From assembly GCF_001194135.2 (NCBI RefSeq), contig NC_068981.1:181778968-181842967 (forward strand): a stretch of 64,000 nt of DNA, given 5' to 3'. The notes under the pieces were generated by a model that was not told the DNA's origin, did not search any database, and saw only the letters and a program-made list of their open reading frames with translations. The position numbers were made by a program, and so were the translations under genes. Of this stretch, positions 13,749-26,392 are shown piece by piece. Source of the DNA: Octopus bimaculoides. Lineage: Eukaryota. Within the stretch, counting starts at the first letter, position 1. Each line of letters starts with the position of its first letter.

Positions 13749-13887
13749 NNNNNNNNNNNNNNNNNNNNNNNNNNNNNNNNNNNNNNNNNNNNNNNNNNNN
13801 NNNNNNNNNNNNNNNNNNNNNNNNNNNNNNNNNNNNNNNNNNNNNNNNNNNNNNNNNNNNNNNNNNNNNNNNNNNNNNNNNNNNNNN

Positions 13888-13923
<36 letters not shown>

Positions 13924-15889
13924 TCTTTTACTCTTTTACTTGTTTCAGTCATTTGACTGTGGCCATGCTGGAGCACCATATAAACATATCTATCTATCCC
14001 TCTATCCATGTATCAATCTACACACACACACACACGTAAGTATATACTTAAGACCAGTACAAATATGTTTGAATCTACAAAGGCTTTTCACTGCAGTTTG
14101 TTGCGGAGAAAAAATTCCTGCTTGAGACATCCAATCTTATATTTGTGCTTGGCAACCTATACAGGCAATAATTAAATAATAACATTTTTGGGCTTACAAG
14201 AAAGGAAGCTCTGCTTCCCAATCACCTCAGAGTTTCCCTTCTTGGTATCTGATACTGAAGAAAACCTACAGTAGAGAGTGCCCGGAGTTGACCATCATGT
14301 TTTAGCACTTATTTGTTTTAAGCATGGATTAGAGGGTTTGACAGGATCTGATGGGCCCAAAGACTGTATTATGCTCCAGTGTCTGCTTTGGCATGGTTTC
14401 CAAGGCTGGATACTTTTCCTAATGCCATTAATTTCACAGTGTACTGGGTGCTTTTTCATGGCACCAGCACTAGTGAGGTCACCAAGCAGCCTGCAAGGCT
14501 ACAAACTGCAAGGGGAGCAACTTTATGCTAGGTGATGAAGAGTAGAGACAGATAAAATATGAGAGAAAACAGCCAGACTAGAACAGCCCAGAACAGACCA
14601 GACCAGACCAGACTAGACTATAACAGAACAGGCTTCTTGCTGTAGAAAATCTATATGAATACTTACATTTTGAAAACGAGGATGGGTGAGAGACTGGGTG
14701 AGGTTAGAAAGCAATAGAAATAGTGGTAAAGAGGTGTCAGGGTGGAGCATCAAGGTACAAGGTAGGTAGGATGAGTTAGGCAGCGAGGTCAGGTATGAGT
14801 GTGGGAGTAGAGGATGTCTGATAGTGCAGAACAGCAGAATAGAAATCGTTGCTATTATGTTAAACTGTCGTATGTCCAAATTTGGCCAAATGTGTTTTTT
14901 TTTTCAATATTTTATTTTTGCTTGCAATAGCTGGTTCTTTTGGTCAAACTGTCTTATCTCCAGCTGCTTCAGATGCCAAGGTATCAAAAATTGTTAAAGT
15001 GTAGTACAATGGTTTTGCTATGGAATGGTGAAACCATTTTACCATTTTCTGAAAGAGTAACGTTTTGGACTTACGACAATTTTGCATAATAGCAACGAAA
15101 TGATGACACAGTAAACTGGAGGATGAAAGAGAGACAAGATGCTGTTGGGTAAGTTGCAGGAGTGGCTGGGGAAGAGAGAGGCAGGTGCAGTGTAGGAGAA
15201 TGGTGGTAGTGGTGGAAGAAAGAAAATTTTGTGGTATAGTGGGGGTGAGTGATCAGTAAAAGTGTGGGTAGAGAAAAACAGTATTAATGGATGAAGGATG
15301 GATAGCAAGTGAAGTGGTTCTGGGTGGTAAAAAAAATGGTATCTTGGAACTGCAGTTATAGAGGTGATGGGTGGTATGGGTCTCTGGAATAGGAAGGAAA
15401 TTGGGCAAAGGGCCCATTTATGCATATATAGACACAGTGCATCCAGAGTTCAGTTTTTTTCCAAGTTGGGTGGGTTTTCTCAAGAAACACATATCGTCAG
15501 TTATCCTAGTCCTTTGTCATCTCTGTCGGGGGGGGGGGAATCCATTTTAAACTAGGACAATATCTGTAACAATAAAAATAATTTCACCTGTGCATTTGAA
15601 AACCTAATCTATATGCAATTATATGTTCAGGATATGGTGAGCTACATAGGACAAACTGTGCTGTCCTTAAAACAGCATGACTCTGCATAAATCACAAATT
15701 CAAATACTAGAATATGGACAAATAGGAATCAGTAAACATGTAGAGACATGCACAAGTAGGAAGAAGCAAATTTTATGATCTTCTCTTTATGCCAATTTGG
15801 CAATTGCACAATACAACAATACATCAGCTAAGAAACAACTTTCATAACCAAATACTGAGCTCTTCTAAATCACTGTGGGAGAAAAAGGG

Positions 15890-16228
15890 TGACAACTACT
15901 AAAACTGCTGCTGCTACTACCACTGTGGTTTCTACTTCTGCTACTATAATCTCTTTTGATGCTACACACATTACCATCACATCGCTACTACTACAACTAC
16001 TGCTTAAACTGTTACCAATGCTCGTACTATTGAAACTAATGACCACTACCATTGCTACTGCTGCTGCTATTACTAATAGCTGCTCCTTAATGGTAATGTA
16101 CCTAGCAAGGAACAAAAGACAACTGCTACTGCTTCAATTATTATTATTACTACTACTACTACTACTACTACTACAACTACAACTACTACTACAACTACAA
16201 CTGCTACTACTACTACTACTACTGCTAT
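15890..16228. repeat. (CTA/CTG)n degenerate microsatellite
   Basis: Directly visible. Confidence 0.88.
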
Positions 16229-16781
16229 GACCCAGCAGCCATCAAAAGGAAACTAACTATCAGTACCATGAGATTTTTGTAACAAAAACATGAGAACTTC
16301 CAGAACTGGTATTTTGAAAGGTTTATTTAATTTGATTTATTTCAATTAATTTTTCCCTTCTCTTATAACAACTAAATCGTTTTATAAAAAGATTGAAACC
16401 AATAATAGATTTTGATAAAACTGCAAATATTTTCCTTCTTTTCTTGTCCATGATAAAATTCTCAAAGCACTCCGTTTTGTTTCTATGATACAAGTTTACT
16501 CGTGTGAAAACTTTTAACCTTTTCAATATATATATGTGAAAGACATGTGGCCTACTGGTTAGGGTGTTGCACTCATGATTGCTCGATCATGGGTTTAATT
16601 CCTGAACTGAGTGGCACATTGTGCTGTTGTGACCTGGTGGCCGTAACTCGAATTTACACAACCAACAAGGATGGGGTGAACTCACAACAACACACCATGA
16701 AGGTTTTTGTAAAATATCATTAACACTTAAGTGTCAGCATAAAAAAAAAACAGCCTACATACAAAACAAATATATACGAAC

Positions 16782-17127
16782 AGGAGTGGCTGTGTGGTAA
16801 GTAGCTTGCTTACCAGCCACATGGTTCTGGGTTCAGTCCCACTGCGTGGCACCTTGGGCAAGTGTCTTCTACTATAGCCTCGGGCCAACCAAAGCCTTGT
16901 GAGTGGATTTGGTAGACGGAAACTGAAAGAAGCCCTTCGTATATATGTATATATATGTATGTATGTGTGTGTCTGTGTTTGTGCCCCCCAACATCGCTTG
17001 GCTACCGATGTTGGTGTGTTTACGTCCCCGTGACTTAGCGGTTCAGCAAAAGAGACCGATAGAATAAGTATTAGGCTTCCAAAGAATAAGTCCTGGGGTC
17101 GATTTGCTCAACTAAAGGCGGTGCTCC
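16782..17127 (+). mobile_element. tRNA-derived SINE, family S2 (aggagtggctgtgtggtaag head), near full length
   Basis: A-box/B-box-like head, internal TA/TG microsatellite and a conserved 3' body. Other copies at ~13920-13975(-), 18190-19210(+, split), 19890-19990(-), 29330-29570(+), 35400-35720(+), 36895-37210(+), 40215-40330(-), 51103-51435(+), 51775-52920(+, split) and 62830-63000(+). Confidence 0.85.
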
Positions 17128-17234
17128 NNNNNNNNNNNNNNNNNNNNNNNNNNNNNNNNNNNNNNNNNNNNNNNNNNNNNNNNNNNNNNNNNNNNNNNNN
17201 NNNNNNNNNNNACTCAGATGTCTGGATGGTTGTA

Positions 17235-17470
17235 CATTTACAGATTTTTATTCATATGTCACATGTTTTATAAATTAGCGCTGTCACCTAGTCTTGTAGG
17301 GTCATCAAATTTTGATTTCACCTTGAGAGGATGTTTCTTTTTGTAGTATATAAAAATAGTATAAAAAGAAACACCCTCTCAAGGTGAAATCAAACTTTGA
17401 TGACCCTACAAGACTAGGCGACAGCGCTAATTTATAAAACATGTGACACATGAATAAATATCTGTAAATG
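17235..17470. repeat. 236-bp foldback (111-bp arms, 14-nt loop)
   Basis: Arms aligned by hand: 6 mismatches. Confidence 0.95.
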
Positions 17471-17638
17471 CTTCATAGTATTTGCTCTAACTTTCTGAGC
17501 TCAGAGTTCAAATCCCACTGACGTCAGTGTTGCCTATCATCTTTTTCTTTTTTCTTTTTCTAGAGTTGGTAAGACACTATAGGAAAGTGGGTTATACATC
17601 ATTAGATGTACACCACTTTCCTATATAAAATTAAGAAA

Positions 17639-17938
17639 TATAACGGAACGCTGAACTCCAGACTATCAACTTATACAACATTTATTTAGGTGGTAAATAT
17701 ATACATCTTTAGCTCTTATTTGTTGTTACAGCTTCTGTGTGTGTGAGCATGGTTGTTAGGACGTTGGTATGTAGATGTAAGCGAGCTGTCGAGCGTAAGT
17801 CCGAAAGATGAAGAGAGACAGCTAAACATGTCCATGCTCAATTGCTGGCCAGCAAGAAAGAGACAGAATTAAGCGGGAAAGCTTGCTTGTTGAATTCCAC
17901 GCATGCGTGAGACTACGCATGCGCACGGCGTTACTACA
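17639..17938 (-). mobile_element. Possible solo LTR
   Basis: The minus strand begins tgtagtaacg and ends ...aaataaatg...gttccgttata, with an internal AATAAA; CpG-rich. No TSD found. Confidence 0.4.
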
Positions 17939-18312
17939 ACACCAATTTAAGGCAGTAGAAACTGTAAGTCTGGTGGACTGGTCTCTATTCTGAGTTCATA
18001 TTCTTCCATGGAGTACTTGGCTGATAGACTTCATTCATCTCCTGGCTTAATGTCGTACCCGATACTTTGGATGCCTTTAGTAGAGTCCATTCACTTATGA
18101 GCATTCTGGTCAGGTCTTAGTTGTGAAGAAGATACCTTCTTCACTCTACCATACCAGTCTTGGAGGTCCTGTAACAAGTCAATTCTCCTGAGTGGCTGTG
18201 TGGTAAGTAGTCTGCTTACCAACCACATGGTTCTGGGTTCAGCCCCACTGCGTGGCACCTTGGGCAAGAGTCTTCCACTATAGCCTTGTGCCGGCCAAAA
18301 CCTTGTGAGTCG

Positions 18313-18985
18313 TATCATCATCATCACCATTTAACGTCTGTTGTCCATGCTGGTATGGGTCAGACGGTTTGACTAGGTTGGCACACTGCAAAGTTGTGCC
18401 AGGATCCAATCTGATTTGGTATGGTTTTCTATGGCTGGATGCCCCTCCTAATGCCAACCACTCCGAGAGTGTAATGGGTGCTTTTATGTGCCACCAGCAC
18501 AGGTGCCATTTGTGTGACACCAGTATCTGCCACGACCATGGTTTTACTCGGCTTGATGGGTCTTCTTCTCAAGCATGACATAATGCCAAAGGTCTTGGTC
18601 ACTGCCTCCGTGAGGCCCAACATTCGAAAGGAACTCAGCCACCTTGCCTCCATGAGGCCCGTTCAAAAGGAACTCATCCACCTCACCTCCATGAGGCCCA
18701 ACACTTAAAAGGAACTTTTGTCATTTTGCCTCCATCAGGCCCAAAGCTCGAAAGGTACTCAGCCACTTTGCCTCCATGAAGCCTGTCATTCAATGGTTGA
18801 TTTGCTTTTTATGTGCCACCAGCACAGGTGCACTTGGCTTGACAGGTCCTCTTAAGCCAAAGGTCTTGGTCACTAGTCATTGCTTCTGTGAGGTTCGAAG
18901 TTCAAAGGTCATGCTTCATCGCCTCATCTCATGTCTTCCTGGGTCTACTTCTACCACAGGTCCCCTCCAGAGTTAGAGATCGGTA
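18313..18985 (-). mobile_element. RTE 3' fragments (duplicated C-terminus plus tail) inserted within a SINE
   Basis: LEGTCGRSRPRKT and LGLTEA motifs, then the shared tail ending in (GAT)n at 18313. The host SINE head lies at 18190-18310 and its tail half at ~18990-19210. Confidence 0.75.
18604..18785. repeat. ~42-bp minisatellite, 4-5 copies, within an RTE C-terminal fragment
   Basis: Recurring cctccatgaggccc...aaaggaactcagccac.tt. Confidence 0.8.
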
Positions 18986-20404
18986 CTTCTTTACATATAT
19001 ATATATATATGTTTGTGTGTCTGTGTTTGTCTCCCAACCATCACTTGACGACCAAAGTTGGTGTGTCTACATCCCCATAACTTAGCGGTTTGATAGAATA
19101 AGTACTAGGCTTACAAAGAATAAGACCTAGGGTTAATTTGCTCGACTAAAAATGGTGCTCCAGCATGGCTGTAGTCAAATGACTGAAATAAATAAAAGAA
19201 TAAAAGAATAAATAAATAAATAATTAAATTCTGTCACCAGTTCTGATGCCATGTAAAATGTACCCATGCCAATGCTATAAAAAAGGCCATGCTGGTACAA
19301 CATAAAAATCCTCTGTGGTGGTGCTGTATAAAAAATCATCTATGCTGGTGCCATGTACAAAGCACTAATGCTTCTGCTATGTAAAAAGCACCTAGAGCAC
19401 TCTGTAAAACAATTGGTGTCAGGAAGAGCATCCAGCCATAGAAACCTTGTCAAGACAGACAATTGAAGCCTGGAGCAGCTCTCTGGTTGGCCAGCTCCTG
19501 TCAAATCACTCAACCCATGCCTGCATGGAAAACGGACATTAAATGTTGATGATAATGTTGATGATGATGATGAACACTTAAAAAAAAATTAACAATAATA
19601 TGAAACAGAAAATTCTTTGAAATTTTATCTTTGTACAAATTGAACTAGCCTTAACAGAAGAGTAAATGGAATATTTCAACTCAGGAATGAAAAGCTTTCT
19701 GAATATGTACAAAATGTAGATAATTTGTGAATTGAGAAGTTAATCTAAATATTCATTTATAAACAGATAAAGGAGTGCTTACAAGTGAAGTGTATGTGGG
19801 CTGATTGAGATAAATGTCTTGCTGTCTATCAGGGTTTATGAAAGGGTGTTTTGTTTTAACTACTTTTTTTTTCTGTTGCATCTATCTTTTATCTTTTACT
19901 TGTTTCAGTGATTGGACCATGACAAAGCTGGTGGCCATGCTGGGGCACTGCCTTGAAGTGATTTTGTAGAACAAATTGACCCCGGTACTTAATTTTTAAT
20001 TTATGTCTGATGGTGGTGTGAAACAAACACAAAAACAAATACAATGGTACACAGCTGGACACACACACACACATATTGTATATATATAAACATAGGCGCA
20101 GTTCTTGAATTTAGACGAAGAGTTTTTCCCCCTCTAACAGTTCAGGGACAATACAACCTGTAGCCAACAAATTAGTAAAGAGTCTCTCTTTATTACAAAA
20201 TACAGACCCCTTTTGAACGAATCTACAACAAATGACATATCCCCCATGACCTTAGAATAACACACATGCAAATATTAAAAATGATACATCCAAAAGAGAT
20301 ACACAAGAATTGATTAAAAACAGTCCCAATCACTGCTATAATCCACAAGGAGCCACTTTTAGGTCACTTGACCATTTAACATCCTACTACTATCCTACCA
20401 TCCC

Positions 20405-21131
20405 NNNNNNNNNNNNNNNNNNNNNNNNNNNNNNNNNNNNNNNNNNNNNNNNNNNNNNNNNNNNNNNNNNNNNNNNNNNNNNNNNNNNNNNNNNNNNNNN
20501 NNNNNNNNNNNNNNNNNNNNNNNNNNNNNNNNNNNNNNNNNNNNNNNNNNNNNNNNNNNNNNNNNNNNNNNNNNNNNNNNNNNNNNNNNNNNNNNNNNNN
20601 NNNNNNNNNNNNNNNNNNNNNNNNNNNNNNNNNNNNNNNNNNNNNNNNNNNNNNNNNNNNNNNNNNNNNNNNNNNNNNNNNNNNNNNNNNNNNNNNNNNN
20701 NNNNNNNNNNNNNNNNNNNNNNNNNNNNNNNNNNNNNNNNNNNNNNNNNNNNNNNNNNNNNNNNNNNNNNNNNNNNNNNNNNNNNNNNNNNNNNNNNNNN
20801 NNNNNNNNNNNNNNNNNNNNNNNNNNNNNNNNNNNNNNNNNNNNNNNNNNNNNNNNNNNNNNNNNNNNNNNNNNNNNNNNNNNNNNNNNNNNNNNNNNNN
20901 NNNNNNNNNNNNNNNNNNNNNNNNNNNNNNNNNNNNNNNNNNNNNNNNNNNNNNNNNNNNNNNNNNNNNNNNNNNNNNNNNNNNNNNNNNNNNNNNNNNN
21001 NNNNNNNNNNNNNNNNNNNNNNNNNNNNNNNNNNNNNNNNNNNNNNNNNNNNNNNNNNNNNNNNNNNNNNNNNNNNNNNNNNNNNNNNNNNNNNNNNNNN
21101 NNNNNNNNNNNNNNNNNNNNNNNNNNNNNNN
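20405..21131. other. Assembly gap (largest of nine)
   Basis: N runs at 757-766, 1289-1298, 13749-13887, 17128-17211, 20405-21131, 28708-29319, 32522-32825, 35956-36197 and 52178-52629. Most abut microsatellites or SINEs. Confidence 0.99.
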
Positions 21132-21164
<33 letters not shown>

Positions 21165-21717
21165 TGAGAGAGAGAGAGAGAGAGATGTGGTTTTGACATT
21201 TGGTAATTACAACACACCCTCTACAGCTGGAGATAATTTTAATAAATCAAGATCTTACGTATGGTATTTGATATACCCATATTTGTTTATATACATGCAT
21301 GTGTGTATGTATATGAATTTATATATATTTATGGAAGACAGATGTTAAACAATGATGATGATGATATATATACACACATATGTACAGACCCATTCATACA
21401 TACAAGCTTCTCCTTTGCCAGTGCTGGTACTGGTGCCACAAAAAATGCACTTGTGCCAGTGCTGTGTAAATGTACCCATGCCAGTGGCATGTAAAAAGTA
21501 CCCAGCACACTCTGTAAAGTGGCTGGCATTAGGAAAGGCATCCAGTTGTAGAAACCATGCCACAACAGCCATTTGGAGTCCAGACAGTCCCCACCAGCTG
21601 GCCAACTCCTGTCAAACCGTCCAACCCATGCCAGCATGGAAAACGGATGTTAAATGATGATGGATGATGATGATATAGATAATATATATGTGTGTGTGTG
21701 TGTGTGTCTTATTTTTC

Positions 21718-21782
<65 letters not shown>

Positions 21783-21789
21783 GATAGAC

Positions 21790-21833
<44 letters not shown>

Positions 21834-23603
21834 TGGTAGATAGATAGATATGTACATATATACATATATATGGATTCATGCATATGCATATATATGTGTG
21901 TGTTTGTTGTTTAGCCCCAGGGTAGTCCACTTCATTAAGCAGGATCTAATCAATGTGCTATTTTCACTGCTATTATTTTTAACCAAATTTTTGTTTTACA
22001 TTGTCTGAATGTGATGTTTTTCATGTCTGCTTCTAACAAGTCAAGAGGTGACATAGAAGTTCCCTTATTGGTTTATATATATGTATTGCATATATATGTA
22101 TGTATGTGCATATGCAGAGTGCGTGGGATACATTGGCATTTGGTATTTATATGAAAAGATTTGTATGTAGTGTTGACAATAAATAAATAAATGCATGAAT
22201 GAAACTATGTTAATAGTCACAAACAGAAACACATACTCATGTTTCAACAAGTAAGATTAATAGAATGTTACATTCTGTAATTCTTGATCTGTTTCATCAA
22301 AGTTTAGTTTATTTACCTGATATCCAATTTCAACAACCATCAAAGATTTTTAACATCAATCCCTTTAGTTCTCATTTATGCTTAAACCCTTTCATATAAG
22401 CATCACATGCTATTCATTACCAAAATAACTCTATATTGTGGTTTCATTTACACATTTCTCTCAGTAGCTGACCTACTCTATTTAAAGGGATCTAGTTAAA
22501 GATCAAGCTCAGAAATGTTTCCTAAATAATTGCCACACTTAAGAAGATCACAAAGCAACAGGCTCTTGGAAGGCAGCCAGCAACTTCCTCTTTTATTCAT
22601 TCACACTTAAACACTGAACTTATTAATTGCAGTTGTTCTGTTAAATCTTGCTCAACATTCCATTAATTATACTACTCTGTTAATACATATATAACATTGT
22701 TCATCATCGGGAGACACAATAAAACAGTAAGACATAAATTAATTCTAGTAAGCAATATAATTAACATCTGTTTTTAGGATTCTCGTCTGTTCACTCAAAA
22801 AGCCAAGTAAAACCATAAGGAATCCTCCATGAAATTATGATTATGAAATGATCTTTATAGACCTTACCTTCAAAACTTCATTTGATCAACCCAATAATGT
22901 AATTTTGAGCCATCAATTGATGCAACCTGCATAGTTACTTTTGATCCTCTGAAAGGTAAAACCTGTATAATTATGAACCACTTGATAATTTTAATTGCTC
23001 AGTTTTAGTTATTTTCAATTAAATCTCAAGAGAAATGTTTGTTATTTTCTTCTCCAGGTAACTCTCCTTTACAGTAACTTCACCATTAAGTTTTCCTGTT
23101 ATAATCCTTTCTACTAAAGGCACAAGGCCTGAAATTTTGGAGGAGGGGACTAGTTGATTGCATAAATCCCAGTGTTTCACTTGTGCTTAATTTATCGACC
23201 CCAAAAGGTTGAAAGGGAAGGTCGACCTCGATGGAATTTGAGCTCAGAATATAAAGATGGGCAAAATGCTTAGCATGCTAACAATTCTGCCAGCTCACCA
23301 CCTTAAGTTTTCCTGTCATAATGACTTTCCTTAATTTGGTTATATATATGTATATTTGCTTATATAAGTTCAAAAAAAAGGAAGAAGACAAAAAACAACA
23401 ACGTGAGGACGTGATACAGATTGTGTTACTAGACGCTTGGGAAAGGAAAGAGAATATATGTACATGTGCACATGTATGCATGCGTGTGTTTCTGTTAATG
23501 TGTTTGTGTATGTGTGTGTGCGCATGCACACATACAAACACACACACATATATGTCACCTGAATGAATTCAAAGAGAAAGACTTAGGGTAGCAACTGAAT
23601 GAA

Positions 23604-23797
23604 TACTCTTTTACTTACTTGTTTCAGTCATTTGACTGCGGCCATGCTGGAGCACCGCCATTAGTCGAGCAACTCGCCCCCCAAGACTTATTCTTTGTAA
23701 GCCTAGTACTTATTCTTTCAGTCTCTTTTGTCAAACTGCTAGATTACAAAGACGTAAACACACTAACGTCGGTTGTCAAGCGATGTTGGGGGGACAA

Positions 23798-23844
<47 letters not shown>

Positions 23845-23950
23845 CATATATATGACAGGCTTCTTCCAGTTTCCGTCTACCAAATCCACTTACAAGGCTT
23901 TGGTCGGCCCAAGGCTATAGTAGAAGGCACTTGCCTAAGGTGCCACGCAC
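23604..23950 (-). mobile_element. SINE family S2 copy (5'-truncated)
   Basis: Reverse complement of the S2 body, with a CA/TA tract and a (tctttta)-type tail. Confidence 0.8.
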
Positions 23951-24388
23951 AATACTATACAAATGACTACCACTTATTACATTTGAACATTCAAATGTGT
24001 TTGCATGTGCGCGTATGTATGTTTATTTGTGTAAAATGAATACATAATGTGTTCATGCTTACAAATCCTTTGTTCCTGTTATTACAGACTGAAGTCAAAT
24101 AACTTACTTCTTTCTGATATGACTTTACCACTTTCTCATATCCAAACATGCCATTATCTTATTTAGGCAAGAATACAGCCATTATGACAGTAATAATAGA
24201 GCTGTCATTATTATTTACTCCAAACAAACATTTTTACAACCTAATTGCTATTGTTCTGTTTATTGTTGTTGATTTTCAGTAAGCCAGGTTACAAGTCACA
24301 GCTGACGTGAAGCAAACAAACTTTATGCACTCAGAATCTTTCAGTGAATACTTGTATCTTCTAATCATCATCATCTTCATAATCTGGT

Positions 24389-24700
24389 GCTGGTGCCACA
24401 TAAACGACACTGGTGCTGGTATGACATGAAAAGCACCAGTGCTGGTGCCATGTAAAATGCATGGGTGCTGGTGCCACATAAAAAGCATCAGTTGCTAGTG
24501 CCATGTAAAATGCATGGATGCTGGTGCCATTAAAAAACACCAGTGTTGGTGCTACATGAAAAGTACTGGTGTTCATACCATGTGTAAGGCACTGGTGCTC
24601 ATGTTACACAAAACGCATGGTGTTCATGTTGTGTACAAGGCACTGATGCTTGTGCCACATAAAAAACACTGGTGCTGGTGCCATATAAAAAGCACCCAGT
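24389..24700 (+). repeat. Array of 12 x ~26-bp units (consensus gctggtgccacRtaaaaagcaccagt) leading into the RTE-type tail
   Basis: Units parsed by hand at 25-27 bp; the array is followed directly by acattctgtaatgctgttggtattagaaagggcat. Confidence 0.88.
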
Positions 24701-25179
24701 ACATTCTGTAATGCTGTTGGTATTAGAAAGGGCATTTGACTGTAGACACCATATCAAAGCAGACAATGGAGTGCACAATATATATATATACTGATAGGGA
24801 AGATAACCACCCCATGAATGTCTCTAGAGATCATTGGACTAGACTAGCTTCTCTTATCAGTTATAGGCTTGTCAGTATGTATATAGTATGCACTTTATAC
24901 AGCATTAAAAGTTTTTAACTCTTATTTCTTGCAATATAAGTGCTTCAGTACCCTGAGTCACGATTAGTGACGATTAAAGTTTTCCTTTTGGGTTTTATAT
25001 TGTGCCAAGCTGTTTGTATTAATTTTTAATATATACATTAGCATTTCACTAAATCAGCCATAAAATTATATGGTAGATGTATCTACTGATAGTCCGATTT
25101 AGCAAAAGCCTAGAGCAATTGAGTAGTCACTACTAACAAGCCTGTTACTGATAGTCTAGTTCAGTGATCTCTAGAATCA

Positions 25180-25222
<43 letters not shown>

Positions 25223-25502
25223 TTTATGTATATGTTTTTGTCTTGCTATTACATGTTTTATTATGATTTCCCTGAAGAGAAATGAATGAGGACCCCAACG
25301 GCTCTTTCTTCTTTGTGAAAGGACGATCATTTATTTCGAAACACATATGTAGGAATTAAAGGAACTTTCATCGACATGCGTTTTGCTCCATTTATTATTA
25401 TCTATCTATATATATATATATATACATTGTGCGTTTCATACAGCATTAAGAGTTTTTAACTCTTGTTTTTGGGAATATAAGTGCTTTGGCACTCTCAGTC
25501 AC

Positions 25503-26042
25503 ATCCATAAATTTTATAATTAATTAATAATTATAATTGAGGTTACACGAGGCACTAGTGTTCTGTAAATAAGATTTGAAAAGTACTTTAATAAACCACC
25601 ATTTCACTGAAAATGGCCACTTATTATTATTATTATTATTACTATTATTTATTTATTAATAATAACATCAATTTTTTTTTTATTTATGTAAAATTATACA
25701 CTGACATCCTTTGAAATTTGCCGCTCGTCTTTCAACAATTAATGGGCATGGTGAAGCGAGTGAAGATTTTAACCCTAGGTAAGTAGTAAGACCTGCTGAT
25801 GAAAAATAAGAGCAAAAAGCTCAAGTTTGAAATCATATGATACATGAATATCTCTTGCCTCATTTGTGACTATCGGCTGTGATGGCAAGTGAATTTCTTG
25901 GCTTGTCCCACCATTTTTGCCAGCACGTTATGCTTTCAGTGAAATGGTGGTTTATTAGAGTATTTCGACTCTTATTTACAGCAACACTGAAGCCTCATGT
26001 ACCCTCAATTATAATTATTAATTAATTATAAAATTAATGGAT
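25503..26042. mobile_element. MITE-like element with ~110-bp terminal inverted repeats
   Basis: atccataaattttataattaattaataattataattgagg...ccatttcactgaaa is mirrored at ~25933-26042. No TSD seen. Confidence 0.7.
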
Positions 26043-26172
26043 TTGCCCTTTTATTGGCTTTAATGCTTGCTGGCCACTTATATTATTATAATTATTATTT
26101 ATTAATAATAATAATAATAATAATAATATCTATATTCATATATATATATATTTATATATTCAAAAGGCTGTA

Positions 26173-26392
26173 TGTTATGGCCAGACAGAGAGTGACCATT
26201 TCTTTTGTACCTTATAAAGCACTTGGCTGTACAGGCGACTTACCAGACTGAAGTGGCCAGAGGCACACAACCTCTCTACAACAGTTGTAGAGAGCTTATG
26301 TGTCTCTGACCAATTGAATCTGATGAGTCACCTTTCTGGCCAAGTGCTTTATAGGTGAAAAACCAATGGTTATTCTCTGACTGGACATAACA
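26173..26392. repeat. Degenerate ~220-bp palindrome
   Basis: Centre ctctctacaac-a-gttgtagagag; mirrored blocks tataaagcacttggc / gccaagtgctttata and tgttatggccagacagag / ctctgactggacataaca. Confidence 0.85.

Noticed and set aside
20310-21217. Longest ORFs in the track (also 28646-29437, 32468-32848, 35777-36441, 52113-52718)
   Set aside because: Artefacts of translating N runs.
24389-24700. CRISPR-like array (palindromic repeat units)
   Set aside because: No unique spacers, no cas genes, eukaryotic context; the units are degenerate tandem copies.
24895-25502. ~65-bp direct repeat pair (24898 and 25438) suggesting LTRs
   Set aside because: Too short and diverged, with no TG..CA ends or TSD; more likely a local duplication next to the MITE.
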